Shown here piece after piece: positions 10,438-19,167 of a stretch of DNA of 64,000 nt. A program made the translations under genes and the position numbers. The stretch is from positions 32,403 through 96,402 of the forward strand of contig NZ_JAVJSX010000024.1 in the NCBI RefSeq assembly GCF_040219215.1. The letters run 5' to 3'. Source of the DNA: Thalassobaculum sp. Lineage in GTDB: Bacteria > Pseudomonadota > Alphaproteobacteria > Thalassobaculales > Thalassobaculaceae. The first letter of the stretch is position 1, and every line of letters starts with the position of its first letter. The notes beneath the pieces were generated by a model. It saw nothing but the letters and a program-made list of their open reading frames with translations. It was not told the origin of the DNA and made no database searches.

Positions 10438-11526
10438 ATGATGAGGGGACCATGCGCGCTCGCCGGCATAGCGTTCGGTGCGGCAGTGGCTCTGGCGACT
10501 GGCTTCGCGTCGGCCCAGGTGCCCTATCAAATCGGCGACAACCGGGGCAGCGTCTCGGTTGATCTTGGTGTCATGGAGAGCCTCGGTCCGACTCCGACGG
10601 TTCCGCAGATGCTTCGTCCCGGCACACCGGTCGGCCAGTTCGGTTACGATTCACGTGCGGGCACCCTGGCATCCGTCGACCCGTCTACCGGCATGCGCGC
10701 GCATAGCGGCCGTCTCGGCAGCGCGCCGCCCCCGCTGGGTGTCGACGCGGCACCGGCTCCCGACTGGTTGCGCCGACCCGACGCCCCGCAGTACGCACCC
10801 TTGCCCGACACCCTGCAGAATCGTTCGACCGCCCCGAGTACCCGCGGTCCGGCCCCGACCCTGAAACCGCCCAGCGCCGCCCGCTCGGCGACGCCCGCTC
10901 CGAGCGTGCCGGAGCCGAAGGCCGCACCGCCGCGCACTGCGGCGCCGAGCGTTCCACCGGCGGCCGCGGTGCCCACGCCGACCCCGCCGAAGCCGCCGGC
11001 GCCGGCCGCGTCATCGACCCCCGCTAGCCAGACGCCGCCGCCCGCAAAGGCTCCGGAGGCACCCAAGGCTCCGCCCGTACCGAAGATTCCGTCGACGGCA
11101 TCGGCACCGGTGGCCGCACCATCGCCCGCAAAGACCGAACCACCGAGCCAAGTCGCCGCGGCGACGCCCGGACCGGCTTCTACGCCGCCGGCACCGTCCG
11201 CTCAGGGCACACCCGGCGATGTGGTCCGAGTTCCGTTCAATTCGGGTCAGTCAACGTTGCCGGATGACGCAAAGGATGGGCTCGATTCACTGGCCGGCCG
11301 CCTGCGGAAGGACGAGACGCTGCGGATCCAACTGCTTGCCTACGCTGATGGCGACGAAGACAACGCCAACAAGGCGCGCCGTCTGTCGCTGTCGCGGGCG
11401 TTGGCGGTCCGGGCCTATCTGATCGACAAGCAGGTCCAGAGCACCAGGATGGACGTGCGGGCGCTTGGCAATCGTGCGAAGGATTCCCCCAAGGACCGCG
11501 TAGACGTTGTGCTGGTAAGCCGCTGA
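10438..11526 (+). CDS. OmpA-family protein with a signal peptide and a long Pro/Ala-rich linker
   Basis: N-terminal signal-like MMRGPCALAGIAFGAAVALATGFASAQ, about 200 aa of P/A/S/T low complexity, then a C-terminal OmpA-like domain (...LLAYADGDEDNANKARRLSLSRALAVRAYL...). Confidence 0.8.
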   Translation: MMRGPCALAGIAFGAAVALATGFASAQVPYQIGDNRGSVSVDLGVMESLGPTPTVPQMLRPGTPVGQFGYDSRAGTLASVDPSTGMRAHSGRLGSAPPPLGVDAAPAPDWLRRPDAPQYAPLPDTLQNRSTAPSTRGPAPTLKPPSAARSATPAPSVPEPKAAPPRTAAPSVPPAAAVPTPTPPKPPAPAASSTPASQTPPPAKAPEAPKAPPVPKIPSTASAPVAAPSPAKTEPPSQVAAATPGPASTPPAPSAQGTPGDVVRVPFNSGQSTLPDDAKDGLDSLAGRLRKDETLRIQLLAYADGDEDNANKARRLSLSRALAVRAYLIDKQVQSTRMDVRALGNRAKDSPKDRVDVVLVSR

Positions 11527-11578
11527 ACGACAATCCGCACGTCGGCGTGGCGACCGCCCAATCCATGGAGCGAGGCTG

Positions 11579-12715
11579 GTGACCGACCCGCGCCGATATC
11601 TGATCCGGATGGTTGCCTTCCTGATCGCCGTCGCTGTGGTATGCGGGGTGCTTGGCGGTCCGCTGGCCGGCGCCTTCATGGCCAACCCGGCGCTCAACGG
11701 CGTGATCCTCGGCGTGTTGCTGATCGGGGTGATCTTCATCGCCCAGCAGGTCTTCCGGCTGATGCCGGAAGTTCGGTGGATCGAAGCCCATCGCGCCCAC
11801 GTAGCCGGCACCTCCATCCAGGATCCGCCGAGCCTGCTGGTGCCGGTCGCCACCCTGCTCGGCGACCGTCAGCAGAACAGCCGTCAGAGCCTGTCGGCGC
11901 TGTCGCTGCGCGCGTTGCTCGACAGCATTTCGGTGCGCCTCGAAGAGTCCCGCGATATCGCGCGCTACATCGCCGGCCTGCTGATCTTCCTCGGGCTGCT
12001 CGGCACCTTCTGGGGCCTGCTGCAGACCATCGGCGCCGTCGGCAACGTGATCGGCAGCCTGTCCATCGACGGCGGGGATCTCGGCGAGGTGTTCGCGAAC
12101 CTGAAGATCGGCCTGCAGTCACCTTTGAGCGGAATGGGCACTGCTTTCAGTTCGTCGCTGTTCGGGCTGGCGGGCTCCCTTGTGCTCGGCTTCCTCGACC
12201 TGCAGCTCGGCCAGGCCCAGAACCGGTTCTACAACGAGCTGGAAGAGTGGCTGGCCAGCCTGACGCGGTTCACCACCGGCGGTCTCGGGATGGAGGGCGA
12301 GCATTCCGCCACCGCGTTCCAGCAGGCCCTGATGGAGCAGACGGCGGAGTCCCTGGACAAGCTGCAGCGCATCATGGCGCGCGGCGAAGACGACCGGCGC
12401 AGCGCCAACCACACGCTGCTGTCGCTGGTGGAGCGGCTTGGGGCGTTGTCCGACCGTCTCGACGGCGACCGGGATCTGCTGGAGCGCCTGGTGACGACCC
12501 AGGGCGAGCTTCGCCCGATCCTGTCCAGGCTGGCCGACGTGACCGGCGGAAGCCGGGACGAGATCGCTCGCAGCCACCTGCGCAACATCGAGGCCTACAT
12601 GGCCCGGCTGCTGGAGGACGGCGCGTCCGGCCGGGTCCAGATGACCGAGGAGCTGCGCGGAGAGATCCGGCTGGTCGCCCGCACCATCGCAGCGCTCGGC
12701 GAAGAGGATCGCTGA
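11579..12715 (+). CDS. MotA/TolQ/ExbB proton-channel family protein with an extended cytoplasmic C-terminal helical region
   Basis: GTG start with GGAG upstream. TM helices and the channel signature LLGTFWGLLQTIG...GMGTAFSSSLFGLAGSLVLGF, then about 190 aa of helical extension. Confidence 0.8.
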   Translation: MTDPRRYLIRMVAFLIAVAVVCGVLGGPLAGAFMANPALNGVILGVLLIGVIFIAQQVFRLMPEVRWIEAHRAHVAGTSIQDPPSLLVPVATLLGDRQQNSRQSLSALSLRALLDSISVRLEESRDIARYIAGLLIFLGLLGTFWGLLQTIGAVGNVIGSLSIDGGDLGEVFANLKIGLQSPLSGMGTAFSSSLFGLAGSLVLGFLDLQLGQAQNRFYNELEEWLASLTRFTTGGLGMEGEHSATAFQQALMEQTAESLDKLQRIMARGEDDRRSANHTLLSLVERLGALSDRLDGDRDLLERLVTTQGELRPILSRLADVTGGSRDEIARSHLRNIEAYMARLLEDGASGRVQMTEELRGEIRLVARTIAALGEEDR

Positions 12716-12722
12716 GGCGCGC

Positions 12723-14408
12723 ATGTCGACCTTGGCCCGCCGTCGCCAGCGCGACACCAACATCTGGCCTGGCTTCGTCGACGCCCTGGCCACCCTGCTG
12801 ATGGTGATCATCTTCGTCCTGATGATCTTCGTCGTCGCCCAGTTCTATCTGACCCGCATCCTGTCCGGAAAGGACGAGTCCCTGGCGCGCCTGACCCGTC
12901 AGGTCGCCGAGTTGAGCGAGTTGCTATCGCTGGAACGGGAGACCAGCGCCGAACTGCGGGTCACGGTTGCGCAGCTGTCCTCCGAGCTGCAGATCTCGAT
13001 CACTGCCCGCGAAGAGCTCACCAACCAGGTCACTCAACTGACGGCAGCGCGCGACTCCCTGGAAGGCCGGCTGGCCGAGCTGATGGCGAGCCGGGCGGTC
13101 CTGCAGCAGCGCCTGGACGAGAGCGATGCGGCACGGCGCGGCATCGATGCCAGGCTGTTGCAGGTCCTGCAGGAGCGCGACGCCCTGCTGGGCAAGCTGC
13201 AGGCGATTGAGGAGGACGCCGGCGTCGCCGGTGCGGAGCGTGCCCAATCGGCTGCCGAACTGGAGCAGGCTATCCGGGTAATCGAGGCCAATCGCCAGAC
13301 CATCCAACTGCAGTTGAGGGATCTCGAACGGTTGCGCCGCGACCTGACGGCCCTGCGCGAGGCTCGCCAGACCCTGGAGGACGAGATCGCCGCCCTGGTT
13401 CGGGCGCGCGACGCGCTGCAGGCCAAGGCGGAGGCCAGCGAAGAGGCGCGCCAGGAAGCCGAGCGCAAGGTTGTGTTGCTGGTCGGCGAGATCGGCGAGG
13501 CCGAAACCCGTATCCAGACATTGACCGAGACCAACGAAGCGACCCGGGCCCGGCTCGCCGAGATAACCGAAGCCCTGACGAAAGCCGACAGCCGGGTCAC
13601 CCGGCTTGAGACCGACCTCAGCGAGCAACGCGACGTCACAAAGAAGCTCGAGGCCCGGCTGGCCGAACAGACCGAACGCACCCGGCTCGCGCAGAGTGAA
13701 CTGGAGCAGCGCGACATCAGGCTGGAGGAACTGTTCAGCGAGCAGGAGCGCACCCAGCAGAAATTGACCGAGGAGCAGAAGATCTCCGCTGAATCGAGCC
13801 GGCAGGTCGAGCTTCTCAACGCCCAGATCGCCGCCCTGCGCCAGCAGCTTGCCCGCATCGAGGCCGCGTTGGAGGCAACCGAAACGCAGAACCGGGATCA
13901 GAAGGTCCAGATCCTCGATCTCGGGCGCCGGCTGAACGCCGCCCTGGCCACCAAGGTTCAGGAGCTGGCCCGGTTCCGCAGCGAGTTCTTCGGTCGGCTG
14001 CGCGAGGTTCTGTCGGACCGCGATGACGTCCGTATCGTCGGCGACCGCTTCGTGTTCCAGTCCGAGGTCCTGTTCGCATCCGGATCCGCGCAGATCGGCG
14101 AACCGGGAAAGCTCAAACTCGGGCAGTTCGCCGCAACGCTCCGGGAGATTGCGCCACGCATTCCGAAGAACATCGGGTGGATACTGCAGGTCGAAGGACA
14201 CACCGATACGGTGCCGATTCACAACGAACAGTTCCGCAGCAACTGGGAGCTATCCGCCGCCCGCGCAATCTCGGTGGTTAAGTACTTGGTTGACCAGGGA
14301 ATACCCGCCGAACGCCTGTCCGCCACCGGATACGGTGAGTACCAGCCGATCGACCCCGCCGACCTGGAGCGCAACCGCCGCATCGAGATGAAGCTGACCC
14401 AGCGTTGA
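12723..14408 (+). CDS. MotB-like stator/anchor protein: MotB plug-TM, about 330-aa coiled coil, C-terminal OmpA-type peptidoglycan-binding domain
   Basis: N-terminus ...NIWPGFVDALATLLMVIIFVLMIFVV (MotB-type), a long E/L/R/A/Q heptad-like segment, and a C-terminus ...GHTDTVPIHNEQFRSNWELSAARAISVVKYL...GYGEYQP (OmpA_C-like). Confidence 0.8.
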   Translation: MSTLARRRQRDTNIWPGFVDALATLLMVIIFVLMIFVVAQFYLTRILSGKDESLARLTRQVAELSELLSLERETSAELRVTVAQLSSELQISITAREELTNQVTQLTAARDSLEGRLAELMASRAVLQQRLDESDAARRGIDARLLQVLQERDALLGKLQAIEEDAGVAGAERAQSAAELEQAIRVIEANRQTIQLQLRDLERLRRDLTALREARQTLEDEIAALVRARDALQAKAEASEEARQEAERKVVLLVGEIGEAETRIQTLTETNEATRARLAEITEALTKADSRVTRLETDLSEQRDVTKKLEARLAEQTERTRLAQSELEQRDIRLEELFSEQERTQQKLTEEQKISAESSRQVELLNAQIAALRQQLARIEAALEATETQNRDQKVQILDLGRRLNAALATKVQELARFRSEFFGRLREVLSDRDDVRIVGDRFVFQSEVLFASGSAQIGEPGKLKLGQFAATLREIAPRIPKNIGWILQVEGHTDTVPIHNEQFRSNWELSAARAISVVKYLVDQGIPAERLSATGYGEYQPIDPADLERNRRIEMKLTQR

Positions 14409-14510
14409 TCGGGGTTGCGCCCCCGGTCCGGTTCGGGTATCTACCCGCCTTCCGAACGTTCAAGAACCCGTCGGACGCGCAGCACCGCGCGACGGCTGTG
14501 GAGAGACGCG

Positions 14511-14729
14511 ATGAAGGCCGATATCCATCCCGACTATCACGAGATCAAGATCATCATGACCGACGGGAGCGAGTACACGACCCGGTCGACCTATGGTGAG
14601 CCCGGAGCCGTGATCCGGCTGGAAATCGACCCGAAGTCGCATCCGGCCTGGACCGGCCAGCACCGGATCGTGGACAGCGGCGGGCAGATCTCGCGCTTCA
14701 ACAAGCGCTTCGGCGGCCTGAAGCTCTGA
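14511..14729 (+). CDS. rpmE: 50S ribosomal protein L31
   Basis: [22 protein letters not shown]...[15 protein letters not shown] Shine-Dalgarno sequence 5-10 nt upstream. Confidence 0.95.
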   Translation: MKADIHPDYHEIKIIMTDGSEYTTRSTYGEPGAVIRLEIDPKSHPAWTGQHRIVDSGGQISRFNKRFGGLKL

Positions 14730-14751
14730 TCGACCTTCCAGTCGACTGATC

Positions 14752-14781
14752 AACGGCGGCTCTCGGGCCGCCGTTTTCGTT
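14752..14781 (+). terminator. Rho-independent terminator after rpmE
   Basis: AACGGCGGC-TCTCGG-GCCGCCGTT stem-loop followed by TTCGTTT. Confidence 0.7.
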
Positions 14782-14805
14782 TAGCGTCCTGGACAGTTCA
14801 ATCGA

Positions 14806-15285
14806 TCACTCGGCCGGTGCCACAGCCGCCGACGCCGACGACGAGACGCGCGCGTCCAGCCGTGCAAGACGGGCGTACAGCTTGCGGCTGGCCGCCAGCA
14901 GGGCCCGCAGCCGCTGCGGCAGGTAGGGGTTCGCCTCGCCGCCGAGTTCCAGGCACACCGGCCCGCCATCCAGCCGGTTCCGGGGATCGAGGGCGGCGTC
15001 GTGCGACAACTCGCCTTCCTGGATCGCCCGTTGGACCATCACCCAGGCTAGGCAATGCGACAGCCGGGACGTGACCCGGAACGCCTCGCAACTGGCTTCC
15101 AGCCGGATCATCATGGAACGATACAGCTTCTCGCCGGACAGGCCCTCGCCGCCCGGAACGCCTGCTCCCCGGCGGGTTGCAGCCAGTTCACGTGCCTCCT
15201 CAAGCAGCGCCAGAACCTCGCGATAGGTTCCGTCGAATACCATGACGCTGGGGGCGGGTTCAGTATGGTTAATTTGTTCCGACAT
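14806..15285 (-). CDS. rcdA: DUF1465 family protein (RcdA-like protease adaptor for CtrA degradation)
   Basis: Internal ATG at 15285 gives MSEQINHTEPAPSVMVFDGTYREVLALLEEARE...RVTSRLSHCLAWVMVQRAIQEGELS, which matches the DUF1465/RcdA pattern as recalled. Confidence 0.7.
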   Translation of the reverse strand: MSEQINHTEPAPSVMVFDGTYREVLALLEEARELAATRRGAGVPGGEGLSGEKLYRSMMIRLEASCEAFRVTSRLSHCLAWVMVQRAIQEGELSHDAALDPRNRLDGGPVCLELGGEANPYLPQRLRALLAASRKLYARLARLDARVSSSASAAVAPAE

Positions 15286-15349
15286 CAAAACGAGTATGAA
15301 GCCCGATCCGTACACTGCCAACCCCTCTGGCGTTACGAACGTTCCCCCT

Positions 15350-15378
15350 CTTGACTCGATCCAAGGCCATTCCTACCT
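15350..15378 (+). promoter_or_regulatory. Candidate sigma-32 (RpoH) type heat-shock promoter for hsp20
   Basis: CTTGAC (15350-15355), a 16-nt spacer, then CCTACCT (15372-15378). This resembles the alphaproteobacterial RpoH consensus CTTG-N16/17-CYTATNT. It lies about 110 nt upstream of the hsp20 ATG. Confidence 0.35.
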
Positions 15379-15486
15379 CAATCGGCATCGGAGGCGCCGG
15401 ATGCCGGGCCCCGACAAAACCGTGGTCTGGCCGAACAGGCAGGCCGCATTTTGATGAACCCATATCGCTTCTGAGGAGGATGTGGC

Positions 15487-15960
15487 ATGCGTACCACTCT
15501 GGATTTCACCCCTGCTTTCCGTTCCACCGTCGGCTTCGACCGGATGGCTCGCCTCTTGGACCACGCCATGCGGGCGACCGAGGCGTCCAACGCACCGACG
15601 TTCCCGCCCTACAACATCGAAAAGCTCGGCGACGACGAGTACCGGGTGACCATGGCGGTCGCCGGCTTCGGTGAGAGCGATCTCGAGATCACCGCCGAGA
15701 ATGGCCAGCTGGTCGTGTCCGGCAAGATCGAGAAGCCCGAGGACGAGGGTCGCAACTACCTGCACCGTGGCATTGCCACGCGCAGTTTCGAGCGCCGCTT
15801 CGATCTCGCCGACCACATTCGCGTGGACGGCGCCACGATCGAGAACGGCCTGTTGCACATCGCCCTGGTTCGCGAGGTGCCCGAGGCCATGAAGCCGCGC
15901 AAGATCGCGATTTCCAGCGGTCCGGCGCCGAAGGCGATTGAAGGCAAAAAGGCGGCCTGA
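15487..15960 (+). CDS. Hsp20/IbpA family small heat-shock protein
   Basis: 157 aa. [22 protein letters not shown]...[22 protein letters not shown]...NGLLHIAL is an alpha-crystallin domain. GAGGAGGA Shine-Dalgarno sequence upstream. Confidence 0.9.
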   Translation: MRTTLDFTPAFRSTVGFDRMARLLDHAMRATEASNAPTFPPYNIEKLGDDEYRVTMAVAGFGESDLEITAENGQLVVSGKIEKPEDEGRNYLHRGIATRSFERRFDLADHIRVDGATIENGLLHIALVREVPEAMKPRKIAISSGPAPKAIEGKKAA

Positions 15961-15982
15961 CGCCGACCGAACGGACTGACCC

Positions 15983-16013
15983 GGGGCCGGCTCCACTGGA
16001 GTCGGCCCTTTTC
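15983..16013. terminator. Terminator hairpin between convergent hsp20 and the thioesterase gene
   Basis: GGGGCCGGCTCC-ACT-GGAGTCGGCCC (one mismatch) followed by TTTTCGT on the plus strand. Confidence 0.6.
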
Positions 16014-16022
16014 GTATCGGCT

Positions 16023-16463
16023 TCAGGTGACCTGGATCGCTTCCATCGCGCGCCGCGCCGGTTCGGGAATCGGCACCGGGCGGTTGGTCGACCGCTCCAC
16101 ATAGACATGAACGAAGCGACCGAAGGCGCACACCGCTTCGTCGCCCCGCTTGAAGACACCGACCTCGTACGTCACCGAAGACGACCCGATGCGCGCCACC
16201 CGGACCCCCACCTCGACAACATCCGGAAACGCCAGCGATCGGCGGTACGAGCACCCGGTCTCCACGACCAGGCCGACGACCGTGCCGTCCCGGAAGTCCA
16301 GACAGCCCGCCTCGATCAGGTACTGATTCACCGCGGTATCGAAGTACGAATAGTACTGGACGTTGTTCACGTGGCCGTAGACGTCGTTGTCCATCCAGCG
16401 CGTGTGGATCATCTGGAAGTGCCGGTAGTCCGCCCGCGACGGGTCCGGTGCCCGCTCGCTCAC
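16023..16463 (-). CDS. Acyl-CoA thioesterase (4HBT/YbgC-like hotdog fold)
   Basis: GTG start at 16463 overlaps the upstream stop (GTGA). ...[40 protein letters not shown]... is a typical 4HBT N-terminal motif. Confidence 0.8.
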   Translation of the reverse strand: MSERAPDPSRADYRHFQMIHTRWMDNDVYGHVNNVQYYSYFDTAVNQYLIEAGCLDFRDGTVVGLVVETGCSYRRSLAFPDVVEVGVRVARIGSSSVTYEVGVFKRGDEAVCAFGRFVHVYVERSTNRPVPIPEPARRAMEAIQVT

Positions 16464-17263
16464 CGCCCGATCCCCGTCAGGAAGTCGCGCATGGCATCGA
16501 GCGTCTCGTCCGGCCGTTCGATCGACATCATGTGGCCGGTTCGCGGCAGTGTGACCGTTCGCCCGTTCCGCAGAGCCTGCACCAGAGGCGCCGCCTGTCG
16601 AGCCGGCGTCATGCGGTCGTCGTCGCCGGCGATGACAAGCGTCGGGCACGCCACCCGCGCCGCCGCCGCCAGCGCCCCGGCATAGCCATTGGACGCACGC
16701 AGGTCGCTGCCCAGCGGCCCCGCCAGCCCGCGCTCCAGCACCCGGAGCCCGGCACCGGACACCCAGCTTCCCGGTGCCCGGTTGCCACCGATCTGCATCG
16801 GCCGCCCGAACCCCCAGCCGATCATGGTCTCGACCGCCCGGTGGTTGCCGGCATCCGCCGCTGACTGCAGGTCCGGATGCACCGCCATGGTCGGGACCAC
16901 TCCCAGCATCAGCAGGGCCAGGGCGTCGCCACCGCTGCCGGCCGCCGCCTCGAGCGCCGCAAGCGCGCCCATCGAATGGCCGACGAACGCGGCCCGGCCA
17001 GCGCCAACCGCCTGCACCGCGCGCCGCACCCAGGCTCCCATGTCCTCGACCGTCGCCAGCGCCGGTCCGGCACTGCCGCCGTGGCCGGGCAGATCCAGCG
17101 CCAGCACCGACCAGCCGTGATGGGCGAAGTACCGGGTTTGCATCGCCCAGACCGTGTGATCCATGCCGGCTCCGTGCACGCACACCAGTGCCGGCTTCGC
17201 CGGATCGAACGGACGGCCGCCGGTCGCGGCGAAGACGTCCTTGTCATCGACAACGAACCGCAT
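16460..17263 (-). CDS. Alpha/beta hydrolase
   Basis: Internal ATG of ORF 16460..17713. [39 protein letters not shown]...[12 protein letters not shown] contains the nucleophile elbow GHSMG. Confidence 0.8.
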   Translation of the reverse strand: MRFVVDDKDVFAATGGRPFDPAKPALVCVHGAGMDHTVWAMQTRYFAHHGWSVLALDLPGHGGSAGPALATVEDMGAWVRRAVQAVGAGRAAFVGHSMGALAALEAAAGSGGDALALLMLGVVPTMAVHPDLQSAADAGNHRAVETMIGWGFGRPMQIGGNRAPGSWVSGAGLRVLERGLAGPLGSDLRASNGYAGALAAAARVACPTLVIAGDDDRMTPARQAAPLVQALRNGRTVTLPRTGHMMSIERPDETLDAMRDFLTGIGR

Positions 17264-17267
17264 GGCC

Positions 17268-18578
17268 TTAACCCGCCTTGACGGCGCGAACCGCCGCCCG
17301 CAGCGCCTGCTTGAGGTCGTCGATGAGGTCCTTGGAATCCTCCAGGCCGACGGACAGCCGTACCAGATCCTCCGACAAACCCGCAGCCTCCATGGTCGCC
17401 GCATCCATCTGCTGGTGGGTGGTGCTGGCCGGATGGATGACCAGCGACTTGGCGTCACCGACATTGGCAAGGTGCGACCACAGCTGCAGCCGCTCGATGA
17501 AGGCGCGTCCCGCCTCGCGACCGCCCTTGATCCCGAACGCCACCATCGACCCGGCCCCCTTCGGCAGCAGGGTCGCGGCCAGCGCCTTGTCGGGATGGCT
17601 GTCCAGTTCCGGATAGGCGACCCATGACACCTCGTCAGCGGCGGCCAGATACGCCACCACGGCCCGGGCGTTGGCGACGTGTCGATCCATCCGCAGCGGC
17701 AGGGTCTCAACACCCTGCAGGATGTGGAAGGCGTTGGCCGGGCTCATGCAGGCGCCGAAGTCGCGCAGACCTTCGGAGCGGGCGCGCATCAGGAACGCCT
17801 GCGGGCCGAACTCCTCTGCGAAGTCGAGGCCGTGGTATCCGGCATAGGGTTCGGTCAGGGTCGGGAACTTGCCGGAAGCCTCCCAGTCGAAGGTGCCGCC
17901 ATCGACCAGCACCCCGCCGATCGCCACGCCGTGCCCGCCAAGCCATTTGGTCGCCGAATGCAGGACGAGATCGGCGCCGTGATCGATCGGCCGGCACAGG
18001 TGCGGCGTGGCGAACGTGCTGTCGACCAGCAGCGGCACACCCGCGTCATGCGCGATCTTGGCCAAGGCCGCGATGTCCATGACCTCCAGGCCGGGGTTGC
18101 CGATGGTTTCGCCGTACACCAACCGGGTCTCCGGTCGAATCGCCTTGCGGAATCCGTCGTGGTCGCGCGGGTGGACCTTGGTGGTCTCGATTCCGAAACG
18201 CGGCAGGGTGTGGCTGAACAGGTTGTGACTGCCGCCATACAACGCCGAGGACGCCACGATGTGGCCGCCCTGGCCCATCAGCGTCGAGATCGCCAGGAAC
18301 AACGCCGCATGCCCGCTGGCGGTCGCAATCGCACCGACCCCACCCTCAAGGGCCGCCACCCGCTCCTCTAGCACGGCGGTCGTCGGGTTGGAGATCCGCG
18401 AGTAGATGTGCCCGGCCCGCTCCAGGTTGAACAGCGAGGCCGCGTGATCGACATCGCGGAACACATAGGAGGTGGTCTGGTAGATCGGCACCGCCCGCGC
18501 GCCGGTCGCCGGATCCGGCTGCTGTCCGGCGTGCAGACTCAGCGTGTCGAAGCCGAAGACGTTGCCGTCCGTGCTCAT
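17268..18578 (-). CDS. metY: O-acetylhomoserine aminocarboxypropyltransferase / sulfhydrylase (PLP-dependent)
   Basis: ATG at 18578 gives MSTDGNVFGFDTLSLHAGQQPDPATGARAVPIYQTTSYVF...SATKWLGGHG (PLP-lysine motif). Confidence 0.9.
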   Translation of the reverse strand: MSTDGNVFGFDTLSLHAGQQPDPATGARAVPIYQTTSYVFRDVDHAASLFNLERAGHIYSRISNPTTAVLEERVAALEGGVGAIATASGHAALFLAISTLMGQGGHIVASSALYGGSHNLFSHTLPRFGIETTKVHPRDHDGFRKAIRPETRLVYGETIGNPGLEVMDIAALAKIAHDAGVPLLVDSTFATPHLCRPIDHGADLVLHSATKWLGGHGVAIGGVLVDGGTFDWEASGKFPTLTEPYAGYHGLDFAEEFGPQAFLMRARSEGLRDFGACMSPANAFHILQGVETLPLRMDRHVANARAVVAYLAAADEVSWVAYPELDSHPDKALAATLLPKGAGSMVAFGIKGGREAGRAFIERLQLWSHLANVGDAKSLVIHPASTTHQQMDAATMEAAGLSEDLVRLSVGLEDSKDLIDDLKQALRAAVRAVKAG

Positions 18579-18875
18579 GGTCGCTGCTCCTTGGTGGCTG
18601 TTGATGTCCGCCGGGCGGATGGCCGGCAGTCTATCGAAGCGGCCGGTGTTTCGTCTCCGCGAAACCGCCATTCCCCGACACGGTTACGGGGCCGCGTGTT
18701 CCGCGGCCCCGTCCGGGCTTTCGCCGTGAGCTCCCTGCTCAACTTGCTTGCGCCGACGCTAGCGAGGACCCCCGCGGCGGTCAAGCCGCTGCATCGCCCG
18801 CGACGCGACGAGGGGCAATACTGTCAAAGCGGGAAGAATGTCCAGGGCAAACACCACCGTACATTCCCGCAGTTG

Positions 18876-19058
18876 TCATCGCTTGAACAATGAGTCCGCC
18901 ACCGAGGCGACGCCCTTCTTCTGGGCGATCGCGGTACGCGCCCGGACGATCTCTGCCTCCATCGCGGCAATGTAGGCCTCCAGGTCCTCGAAGCTCCAGT
19001 TCGACAGGTCCTTGAGCTTCTTCGACTGGTTGCGCGGTTCCAGATCCTCGAGATCCAT
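18876..19058 (-). CDS. DUF1192 domain-containing small protein
   Basis: 60-aa internal start: MDLEDLEPRNQSKKLKDLSNWSFEDLEAYIAAMEAEIVRARTAIAQKKGVASVADSLFKR. The pattern ...LS.L..ELE.RIA.L.AEI.R is typical of DUF1192. Confidence 0.7.
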   Translation of the reverse strand: MDLEDLEPRNQSKKLKDLSNWSFEDLEAYIAAMEAEIVRARTAIAQKKGVASVADSLFKR

Positions 19059-19167
19059 GACGCTTCTCCCACTTCTTCGTCTGCCTCGCCGCTGCGGGCC
19101 TGACCGAAGCGGCGCAGCTATGGTAGATCGACTTGCCACCTTCAATCATCACCAGTGAGCACAGATC

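Noticed and set aside
10438-14408. Zorya-type anti-phage system (ZorAB).
   Set aside because: The pair is MotAB-like, but the long coiled coil is on the MotB-like subunit rather than on a ZorA-like tail. No ZorC/D/E-type effector genes follow. The locus has native composition and sits among core genes (inositol monophosphatase, rpmE). It was kept as an uncharacterised housekeeping stator instead.
15385-15486. Canonical ROSE RNA thermometer in the hsp20 leader.
   Set aside because: The leader length and context fit. However, the hallmark anti-SD hairpin with the U(U/C)GCU motif and bulged G opposite the Shine-Dalgarno sequence was not recognisable, so it is left as a hypothesis within the leader finding.
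18579-18875. SAM-II riboswitch upstream of metY.
   Set aside because: I could not identify the conserved SAM-II core (the pseudoknot-forming GCUU...UUGC...AAAGCU elements) by eye. The region is reported only as a structured leader that needs a covariance-model scan.
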